From a phage: DNA of 51,150 nt. The notes below the pieces were generated by a model. The model was not told the origin of the DNA. It did not search any database and saw only the letters and a program-made list of their open reading frames with translations. The stretch lies in sequence record PX930853.1; one strand, given 5' to 3'. How positions within the stretch are numbered: position 1 is the stretch's first letter; each line of letters begins with the position of its first letter. The translations under genes and the position numbers were made by a program. Below, piece by piece: positions 1-7,727 of this stretch.

Positions 1-55
1 AGAAAGAAAACTCTACAAGCCCGAATCACTGCTATAAAACTCCGCTAGTATTACC
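1..55. repeat. 55-bp end overlap identical to 51096..51150 (circular-assembly overlap or short terminal repeat); carries last 37 nt of primase CDS
   Basis: Direct comparison of window ends: bases 1-55 equal bases 51096-51150. Confidence 0.9.
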
Positions 56-78
56 CCGCTTATGCGGGGTTTTTTTTT
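54..78 (+). terminator. rho-independent terminator downstream of primase gene
   Basis: CCCCGC-TTAT-GCGGGG stem-loop followed by run of 9 T. Confidence 0.7.
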
Positions 79-110
79 GCATTTGAAAATGCTATTATCT
101 GCATTGTCAT

Positions 111-128
111 TAGCAAAAAGTGCTATTT
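111..128 (-). promoter_or_regulatory. partial/degenerate copy of conserved intergenic box
   Basis: TAGCAAAAAGTGCTATTT resembles reverse complement of AATAGCACTTTTTG(T/C)TAAAAC box. Confidence 0.25.
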
Positions 129-143
129 AGGAGGATTTTACAA

Positions 144-2588
144 ATGGCGATTTACAGACAAGGCCAAGCGTCAATGGACGCTCAAGGTTATATAACTGGA
201 TACGACACAAAATGGCGAGAGCAACTAACACTCATTCGCCCTGGCGCGACCATTGTATTCTTAACTCAGCCGTTACAAATCGCTGTAATAACTGAAGTTA
301 TCAACGATACAAGCATTCGTGCAATTACAACTGGTGGAGCGGTAGTTGCTCGCTCAAATTACGCTATCTTGCTTCATGACTCAATAACTGTTGATGGGCT
401 TGCTCAAGATGTAGCGGAAACATTGCGCTACTATCAGAGTAAAGAAACAATCATTGAGGAAGCTATTGATTTTTTCAAAGACTTTGACCTGAAGGCGTTA
501 CAAGACCTGGTAAATCAGATTAAGGATGCAGCAGAAAATACATCAGCCGATCGCGCTGCAACTGAGCAACTTAAGAATGAAACAAATCAGATTAAATCTG
601 ATACGAACACCATTAAGCAACAGACTCAGCAAATAAAGGACTCTGCATTAACCGAAGTTAATAGCGCAAGAGATCAGGGAGTTCTGGCGGTAAACCAAAC
701 GAAAGATCAGGCTGTTTCAGAAATGAATCAGATAAAGAGTGATGTTTCCGGCCTTAAAAATGAAGCTGTGTCAGCAAGGGACTCAGCAAAGCAACACATG
801 ACAGATGCTCAGTCTGCAAAGAGTGCTGCTGAAACTGCAGAGGCTGGCGCTGTTACTGCGCGCAATGAGGCGGAGGAATTTGCTAAAAGCCTGAATGCTG
901 AAAACCTTTTACGCAAAGATGCAAACCTTTCAGATCTAACCAATGTTAATACAGCAAGGACAAGCTTAAAAGTTGACAAGGTTGTTCAAGGCGCATCGTA
1001 TTCAGACTTTTTAAGTGCGAATAGTGCTATGCGTCTTCGTGTTCAGGATAACAACACTTGGGGAGGTTGGAATGGTCAATGGATAGCTCTTAGTGTTGGT
1101 AATGGTGGTACTGGTGCAACAAGTGCAGAAGGTGCAAGGGATAATCTTGAAACGTTCCGTGAATCAAGGACCGCTCTTGGAGAAACAGATCTAAATACGC
1201 TGACTGGCGCAAAAAGCGGTGTGTATTATCAATCTGGAAACGCTGCCGCTACACCTGGTCGTGGATACCCAGAGAGTTCCGCTGGAACACTTATGGTGTT
1301 AAGAAACGTAGCAAACGGCATTGATGGTTGTACTCAGATTTACTACCCATACAATAACAGCAACAGATTTCATATAAGAAAATGTCTTGCAGGCAATCCA
1401 AGCTCATGGACAGGGTGGGCTACATATGACCGACCAAGCAATAGCCCTGAATTTAGAGATTCAATTGGGCTTGGAGGAACGGACAAAGTTCAATTTGGGC
1501 AGGTTAAGGCATACGGGACAAGTGGGTTTTTCGCCGATGGTATAGAAAGCACTCAGGGTGCATCCTTTGTCACAAGATACTATGACTCAACAAACACACA
1601 TAAAGGACAAGGTGAATTTATGGTTGACACTAATGGAGATGTGAGCATTATCAATAGGGGTGTAAAATCAGGTGATGCAACTCATTTCTTTACATTTGAC
1701 CGTGCTGGTCGCTTTTGGTCTCCGAATGGAATTACGACTGCCACAAGCATGAATTGGAATGATGGTAATAGTGTTGTTAACCGTGGCTTATTTATGGCAG
1801 GGCAAGCTAATGCACCCGTTGATTTGATGCACGGAGGGATACACGTTGGATACAGTAATTCCTACGCAATGCAGATCGCGGCAAGAGACAATGGCTTTTA
1901 CGGCAGGTGCATGGAGAGTAATATATGGAAGGAGTGGAAGAAATTTGCATTAGAAAACAGTGATATAGTTAACTTTTCAGCCGCTGGATATACATCAGAT
2001 GCAATATATACAACAAAAGCGATATCGTTTATAAATGGTGGTACAAATTATAATCTACCAGCCTCTTACGGCGTATTGGCTGGATTCGGTAATGGTAATA
2101 CTTCTGCGAATGGCTGCTATGTTGGTCAGCTATGCTGGGATAAAGCGACTGGCAACCTCTTTACAAGGATAAGGGATGATGGTCAGAAAGTATGGCTTAA
2201 CTGGTTGAAAGTAACAACCGCCGCCGTATCCGATGAAACACTGAAAGATGTTAAAGGCAATCTTAATGTTGAAGGCGCCCTAGACAACGTTAACCGCATG
2301 GAATTTAAGTTGTTCCGTTATCTGAACGATTCTCCAGAGCGTAGCGCTCGCCGTGGTGTTATAGCTCAGCAAGTCAGGAATATTGACCGTGAGTACACGA
2401 CAAAGGTCGGGGATCAGTTGCATCTTGACACGACTCCGATGTTGCTTGATGGTCTTGCTGCAATTCAGGCGTTAACCAAGCGGGATCAGGAAAACAAGGA
2501 AAGGATTAGCAAACTAGAAAGTGAACTTGAGGAACTAAAAGCTGTAGTTTCAGTGTTAATTAACAAGCCATCAACGCTTGAGGATTAA
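144..2588 (+). CDS. tail fiber protein with C-terminal intramolecular chaperone (peptidase S74-like) domain
   Basis: AGGAGG RBS then ATG at 144 (track ORF starts at upstream GTG 120); coiled-coil-rich N-terminal half; C-terminal ~120 aa ([28 protein letters not shown]...LESELEELK) resembles self-cleaving chaperone domain of endosialidase-type fibers. Confidence 0.75.
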   Translation: MAIYRQGQASMDAQGYITGYDTKWREQLTLIRPGATIVFLTQPLQIAVITEVINDTSIRAITTGGAVVARSNYAILLHDSITVDGLAQDVAETLRYYQSKETIIEEAIDFFKDFDLKALQDLVNQIKDAAENTSADRAATEQLKNETNQIKSDTNTIKQQTQQIKDSALTEVNSARDQGVLAVNQTKDQAVSEMNQIKSDVSGLKNEAVSARDSAKQHMTDAQSAKSAAETAEAGAVTARNEAEEFAKSLNAENLLRKDANLSDLTNVNTARTSLKVDKVVQGASYSDFLSANSAMRLRVQDNNTWGGWNGQWIALSVGNGGTGATSAEGARDNLETFRESRTALGETDLNTLTGAKSGVYYQSGNAAATPGRGYPESSAGTLMVLRNVANGIDGCTQIYYPYNNSNRFHIRKCLAGNPSSWTGWATYDRPSNSPEFRDSIGLGGTDKVQFGQVKAYGTSGFFADGIESTQGASFVTRYYDSTNTHKGQGEFMVDTNGDVSIINRGVKSGDATHFFTFDRAGRFWSPNGITTATSMNWNDGNSVVNRGLFMAGQANAPVDLMHGGIHVGYSNSYAMQIAARDNGFYGRCMESNIWKEWKKFALENSDIVNFSAAGYTSDAIYTTKAISFINGGTNYNLPASYGVLAGFGNGNTSANGCYVGQLCWDKATGNLFTRIRDDGQKVWLNWLKVTTAAVSDETLKDVKGNLNVEGALDNVNRMEFKLFRYLNDSPERSARRGVIAQQVRNIDREYTTKVGDQLHLDTTPMLLDGLAAIQALTKRDQENKERISKLESELEELKAVVSVLINKPSTLED

Positions 2589-2601
2589 CAAAATTTAACC
2601 G

Positions 2602-2631
2602 AAAGGCGCGGCTACGGCTTCGCCTTTTTTC
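2602..2631 (+). terminator. putative rho-independent terminator after tail fiber gene
   Basis: GC-rich dyad (AAAGGCG...CGCCTTT) followed by T-run. Confidence 0.5.
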
Positions 2632-2764
2632 GTATTTATGCCATTTACTGACATATCGCTTACAAATGTTTTATATATTCCTAGTAATTTGTCGCATGCT
2701 CTTTGTCGTAACATAAATGTTGCAAATTTTTTTTAATTTTTTTAACGTCAAAGAGGAATTTACT

Positions 2765-2965
2765 ATGTCAGATATTACTTTACTCCCTACTGGTAGTGGT
2801 TTTGGTTGAGAAGATGGCGCGGCTGGACTTGGTGGTGCTGTTGGTGGCATGTTGTCAATAATGACCGCCGGAAAGCTGAACGCTCATCAAACTGAACTTG
2901 CAAAGCGAATTACTGTTAATGTTATTTCTGTTCTTTGGATGGCTGAAAGTGAAAAAGGGGCGTAA
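2765..2965 (+). other. small Gly-rich ORF (66 codons) interrupted by in-frame TGA at codon 15 (2807-2809); pseudogene or readthrough candidate
   Basis: AGAGGA RBS 7 nt upstream of ATG 2765; MSDITLLPTGSGFG-TGA-EDGAAGLGGAVGGMLSIMTAGKLNAHQTELAKRITVNVISVLWMAESEKGA in one frame. Confidence 0.2.
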
Positions 2966-2978
2966 TGCCCCTTTGTTT
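2952..2978. terminator. bidirectional hairpin terminator
   Basis: GGGGC-GTAAT-GCCCC stem flanked by A-run upstream and TTTGTTT downstream. Confidence 0.5.
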
Positions 2979-3417
2979 ATGCGTTTAACCCTTCTCCGTT
3001 ATCTCTATGCCATTGCTTATGGTGTGCTTGGCACAGCCATCTAACTGATAAAGGTTTGCTGTAATCGTCATGGTGTGCAACTGATTTTTCACTACCGCAA
3101 ATTTCACATGGTGATTTTTCTACCTTCCCATCACGTAATGCGTTATTTAATGCGTTATGTGCTTTATATTTTCCTGGAAACTTATTTCTCCATGATTTTA
3201 AGTATTTAGGATCTTGCCTGCTTCCTCGATTCCTATCGTATTCCCTTTTTTCATCTATGTTATCCCACCTGTTTTTTGTGACATCCTTTTTTGTGCATTC
3301 CTTGCACTTGTTTAAGTGTCCATCAGCCATCCGTTTATGCTTATAGAATTCTTTAATGGGCTTTACAGCCCCGCATTTAAAGCATTTCTTAAAGCGCATA
3401 GATTCGATGTTTTCCAT
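2977..3417 (-). CDS. HNH family endonuclease (putative homing endonuclease) with N-terminal Cys-rich zinc-finger-like region
   Basis: CxxC...CxxC motifs and C-terminal HH...N...H signature (VAHHDDYSKPLSVRWLCQAHHKQWH); start overlaps SSB 3' end. Confidence 0.6.
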   Translation of the reverse strand: MENIESMRFKKCFKCGAVKPIKEFYKHKRMADGHLNKCKECTKKDVTKNRWDNIDEKREYDRNRGSRQDPKYLKSWRNKFPGKYKAHNALNNALRDGKVEKSPCEICGSEKSVAHHDDYSKPLSVRWLCQAHHKQWHRDNGEGLNA

Positions 3418-3886
3418 ATTGCAATCCTACACTAGCAAAAGGGATGTCATCGTCAAAGTCAATCGGCGGCTGATTGCTTTGCTGTGGATGCTGTTGAGTA
3501 TTTTGTTGCTGTTGCTGTTGTGGTTGCCCCCAGCCTCCTTGCGTTCGCTGCTGATATTGTTGCTGGCTTTCTCCGCGCTGGCTAAATATCAGGTTTGCAA
3601 ATCCGCCAGGCTGCACGGTGCTATAAATCTTTCCGTTGTATTCTCGCGTTTCAACTCGCAATGTATCGCAGGAAACAGAAATAACCTTTCCTACTTGGAA
3701 AGCATCAGCATACCAACCATTCAGGCCGTCTGTTTTCGCGTTAAAGAAAAATACATAGTTTGTATACTGCCAATTTCCCTCTCGGTCTTTGTATCGCTCG
3801 GAAAGCTCAACAACATATAGCGTGCTGCCGTTAGGCATTTGCTTTACTTTTGGCTCTTTTCGAATCTCACCTGTAATAACGTGCAT
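3389..3886 (-). CDS. ssb: single-stranded DNA-binding protein (SSB) with 15-aa extension after DDDIPF
   Basis: OB-fold-like N-terminal region, Gln/Gly-rich linker, acidic DFDDDIPF motif; AGGAGA RBS before ATG at 3886 (track ORF over-extended to 3937). Confidence 0.75.
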   Translation of the reverse strand: MHVITGEIRKEPKVKQMPNGSTLYVVELSERYKDREGNWQYTNYVFFFNAKTDGLNGWYADAFQVGKVISVSCDTLRVETREYNGKIYSTVQPGGFANLIFSQRGESQQQYQQRTQGGWGQPQQQQQQNTQQHPQQSNQPPIDFDDDIPFASVGLQYGKHRIYAL

Positions 3887-3908
3887 TTTGTTTTCTCCTA
3901 TGACAAAA

Positions 3909-3927
3909 GGGGCGCAAGCGCCCCGTT
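3909..3927 (-). terminator. hairpin (attenuator/terminator) between erf-like gene and ssb
   Basis: GGGGCGC-AA-GCGCCCC dyad followed on minus strand by TTTTGTC. Confidence 0.35.
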
Positions 3928-3929
3928 TA

Positions 3930-4586
<657 letters not shown>

Positions 4587-4844
4587 TTATTCCTTCTCGC
4601 TTTCAAGCATTTTAATAAATTCTTCTGTTGATTCAGCAACCAACCTCTCGCGCTCTTTGTTTCCCTTGCTCATCGTTGCAACAAGGATAACGTTGTCAAT
4701 GGATGCAACCACGTCCTTAATGTAAGTCTTCATTTCTTCCGACTCTTTAATGTTCATCGGCTTAATAAATTCTTTCATTGCAATGGTTACTCGATCAATG
4801 AATCGTTCTAAGTGCAATAAGGTGGCATTGTCTTTATCTGTCAT
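4587..4844 (-). CDS. hypothetical protein (85 aa) in recombination module
   Basis: ORF with GGAGAATGAGA RBS; stop 4 nt upstream of next gene start. Confidence 0.5.
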   Translation of the reverse strand: MTDKDNATLLHLERFIDRVTIAMKEFIKPMNIKESEEMKTYIKDVVASIDNVILVATMSKGNKERERLVAESTEEFIKMLESEKE

Positions 4845-4919
4845 TTCTCATTCTCCAGTTATCTGGTTGGCGAATTATATCACCAACCATTATAAAAGTT
4901 TAGCTATTTATTTAGTTTG

Positions 4920-5975
4920 TCATAGATACTGCCTGAATTGAGCACGAACCCAATCAGGAGTATCAAGATCAATTTCTGGTTGCCCGTTTGCATACGAAGG
5001 CCATTCATCTAACTGTTGGCAAACGTTGAACTTGTTGATCACGCTCATGTACTGGATACGACCGATCTTCAATTGCTCAATGTTCATGCGGAATGCGAGC
5101 GGCAAGTAAGGCTCTTTCTTCTCTTGAGCAAGCAATCTCACAATTACTGGCCTTTCCTCGTCTGGATACGCCTTTTTAAATAAATCATGCTGCAAAGCCA
5201 TTTTGAGATAATACCCGTGATTGTAAGCCAGGCGCTGGAAGTCAACCGGATTTGCGCTAACCGTTGTTTTATAGTCAGTGATAATCACAGCTTCTGGATA
5301 GATGACTTCTTCATAAATCGGTCGGCCTTTTTCGTCGTAACCGTTAATGATTGTGGCCTTTACATCCTTGTTTACGTCAACGTGATCAAGGCGCACTTTA
5401 ACTTTTACGCCATTGATGATCCCGAATATTGACATTTCACGCTGCGCGGTTGGGCTGTTCATGCAAGCGTTATGCTCCGGTATGGCCTCAAGTACGCGCC
5501 GCATCGCTACACAGGCATCATAATCTTTAGCGTCTATTAACTGCACTCCGTCCGCTGCGGCCTGGCATTCTGCCATCATTTCGATAAGCCACCACACATT
5601 GAGATCCTCGCCGCACTTGTACAGCATTTCCAGTAATTCAGGGTATTGTTTACCCGTCGTACCTTTCAGTCCAAAAGATTTCAGCTTTGATGCTAACGCC
5701 GTTTGACTAGTGATCAGATCTTTAAAATCATCCTGCGACGGTGCGCGGCGATATGTTTTTTCGAATAACTCCTTGCTTTCAAAATTGGTATGCGACTGCG
5801 TACCGAAAACAAGTGCCTTAGTTTCCTGGCGAGGCTTGTACTTCCAGTACGCCGGGCAAGTGCTGTAAATCTCCGCCAGGCTGGAACCGCTGACGTATTC
5901 AGCCGTCCACGCGTTAGGATCATGATAAAGCTCATTGCTCATTTCTTCGCTAGTATAGGCGTTAAAATCACTCAT
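4920..5975 (-). CDS. recombination exonuclease, PD-(D/E)XK type (RecE/exonuclease VIII-like), putative
   Basis: 351-aa ORF with GAGGAG RBS; D...ITDYKTT nuclease-like motif; first gene of exo-erf-ssb module. Confidence 0.6.
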   Translation of the reverse strand: MSDFNAYTSEEMSNELYHDPNAWTAEYVSGSSLAEIYSTCPAYWKYKPRQETKALVFGTQSHTNFESKELFEKTYRRAPSQDDFKDLITSQTALASKLKSFGLKGTTGKQYPELLEMLYKCGEDLNVWWLIEMMAECQAAADGVQLIDAKDYDACVAMRRVLEAIPEHNACMNSPTAQREMSIFGIINGVKVKVRLDHVDVNKDVKATIINGYDEKGRPIYEEVIYPEAVIITDYKTTVSANPVDFQRLAYNHGYYLKMALQHDLFKKAYPDEERPVIVRLLAQEKKEPYLPLAFRMNIEQLKIGRIQYMSVINKFNVCQQLDEWPSYANGQPEIDLDTPDWVRAQFRQYL

Positions 5976-6164
5976 CTTTAATGCTCCTCGTTGCTTTGTG
6001 TGTGCATTGTAGCCATTTGGTTGATTTAGTCAATAGTTGTTTTGTTTTTTTTCTGTTTTCTAAACGTTCTCAGATGGCAATAAAACAAATTTGACGAGTA
6101 AGTTAATGATTAATATGTGTTATTTTTCTTGTTCCTCTGTTCTCTCAGATACGCCGGATTATAT

Positions 6165-6335
6165 ACATACACATGAATGATGGCACATACAGATACACAG
6201 AAAGAAAAATCACCACAAACAACCAAAACCACAAGAAACACAGATAACAAGAAAAAACAAATATACATACATAAATAAATAAACTATTGATTTTATATGT
6301 ATATATCTATTTTATTAATTATTTATTGTTCTTAT
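6165..6335. repeat. AC/AT-rich non-coding repeat, copy A (homologous to 35615..35775)
   Basis: Shared blocks AGATACACA, A(C)CA(A)GATAACAA, ATACATA(C/T)ATAAATAAATAA in same order and orientation in both copies. Confidence 0.6.
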
Positions 6336-6404
6336 GTTGGCTAAAATTTGTGCTAAATTTACGCCGTCTTAATTCCGATAACACCGGAAAACAAAAAATA
6401 ACAA

Positions 6405-6424
6405 GTAGCACTTTTTGCTAAACG
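6405..6424 (+). promoter_or_regulatory. conserved intergenic box (TTGCTA variant), ~55 bp upstream of lipoprotein gene
   Basis: AGTAGCACTTTTTGCTAAAC; TATAGT hexamer ~21 nt downstream. Confidence 0.35.
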
Positions 6425-6477
6425 CGCTCCTTAAAATCGTGTATAGTTGAACCAACAACAACAAAGGAGATGAAAAG

Positions 6478-6705
6478 ATGAAAAAGTTAATTGCCGTTTT
6501 AATCGCAGCCGTTGCGCTGACTGGTTGCGCAAATATGCCTAAACGTGAATGTACGGCTATTTATGAAAATAGCGGAATGCAGTATTCAGTTGCTATCTTT
6601 GGGGCAAAACGAGTTGGCGATCGCACTCTTGTTAAGGCTGGCTATCCATTTAATTTTCAGTGGGTAAGCATTGATAACTTTAAAAACGCTGATTGCAGTC
6701 TGTAA
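6478..6705 (+). CDS. lipoprotein, Cor-like superinfection-exclusion candidate
   Basis: Signal peptide with lipobox LTGC (MKKLIAVLIAAVALTGC); AGGAG RBS; isolated plus-strand gene next to tail genes, as for cor in FhuA-dependent phages. Confidence 0.5.
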   Translation: MKKLIAVLIAAVALTGCANMPKRECTAIYENSGMQYSVAIFGAKRVGDRTLVKAGYPFNFQWVSIDNFKNADCSL

Positions 6706-6715
6706 ATAAAAACAA

Positions 6716-6737
6716 AGGGGCAAAAGCCCCTTTTTTA
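6716..6737. terminator. bidirectional rho-independent terminator
   Basis: AGGGGC-AAAA-GCCCCT stem with flanking A-run and T6. Confidence 0.6.
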
Positions 6738-6738
6738 A

Positions 6739-7377
6739 TTAGTCGTAAATATCAGTCTTTATTGCAATTATTGAATTTCCGTTGTTTGTTATAGATCCTG
6801 TTCCTGGAGTTGTCCTTGCCGCACTTATCCTTGTGCTTGAACCATTATACCTGCACGATGTGTATATGTCAGACGCACCCATACCTATAACCGCACCAAG
6901 CCTTGATGGGCAAACAGCATAAGAACCAGATAATGTCTGATCTATATTCGTCCCACCAGAAGATCCAGGAGTACCAATTGTTACAAGATCTGTTAGTACC
7001 CTGCTCTCATTAGTTAAAACCAACTTTCCGCTTTCATCCCATATTGCCATACCATATTTGGGTAGAGTTTGAGGGAAGATAGCAAATATATAAACAGTCA
7101 TTGTAAATGATTGACCGTATGGATTGCCTCCGTTTACATAAATGTTGCCACCGTTCCTGTAAGCTATTAATGCGGTTGGCTGCTGTGTGTTTGTTGTTTT
7201 TATAAATGCCATACATGGATAAGATTGATTTAATGGTATATTTGCGCTTGCGCTATGATAGGCAGAAGTGCCAGAAGATGAATAAGTGTACTTGCCATAT
7301 AAGCAAAATGGCGTTGATTTTGGTGTGATAAATGGATTCCCATTTGATAAAGATAACATTGCTCCATATTCAGCCAT
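6739..7377 (-). CDS. hypothetical tail-associated protein, MAEYG paralog 1
   Basis: ORF starting MAEYGAMLSLS with GAGAGGG RBS; internal YGMAIWDESGK repeats N-terminal motif of upstream paralog. Confidence 0.5.
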   Translation of the reverse strand: MAEYGAMLSLSNGNPFITPKSTPFCLYGKYTYSSSGTSAYHSASANIPLNQSYPCMAFIKTTNTQQPTALIAYRNGGNIYVNGGNPYGQSFTMTVYIFAIFPQTLPKYGMAIWDESGKLVLTNESRVLTDLVTIGTPGSSGGTNIDQTLSGSYAVCPSRLGAVIGMGASDIYTSCRYNGSSTRISAARTTPGTGSITNNGNSIIAIKTDIYD

Positions 7378-7378
7378 T

Positions 7379-7684
7379 TTAAGCCCTCTCAAGAAAAACA
7401 ACTAACTCGCACTTTGAAGAAGAATACCTATTTGGACCAACTGACGATGTAGGACTAATTCTTATTGTATTTCCAGATGCCACTATTTCCCTTCCAACTC
7501 CTCTAGCGCCTTCATCAAGTGAAACAACATACCCAACCTTAAAACCACTTGGAATGTTAAAACTCCACGATCCGCTTGTCTGACCAGCGGAAAGACTGAT
7601 AACACCAACAACTGAAACCGGCTTAATGCCGTAGTTATTATATTTTCCGTTTGCATCCCAAGTTGAGATACCATATTCAGCCAT
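7379..7684 (-). CDS. hypothetical tail-associated protein, MAEYG paralog 2
   Basis: ORF starting MAEYGISTWDANGK with GGAGG RBS; track ORF over-extended. Confidence 0.5.
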   Translation of the reverse strand: MAEYGISTWDANGKYNNYGIKPVSVVGVISLSAGQTSGSWSFNIPSGFKVGYVVSLDEGARGVGREIVASGNTIRISPTSSVGPNRYSSSKCELVVFLERA

Positions 7685-7727
7685 TATTAAACCTCCATAA
7701 ATGCGGGGCAAGCGCCCCGCTTTGATT

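Noticed and set aside
3356-3820. 154-aa plus-strand ORF with poly-Leu tract
   Set aside because: Antisense to the SSB Gln-rich linker (poly-CAG/CTG shadow), overlaps SSB and HNH genes.
6000-6480. CRISPR array or tRNA genes in the repeat-rich non-coding regions
   Set aside because: Repeats are irregular and AT/AC-rich without spacer periodicity; I could not find cloverleaf-compatible tRNA structures by eye, though a tRNA scan would be needed to exclude them formally.
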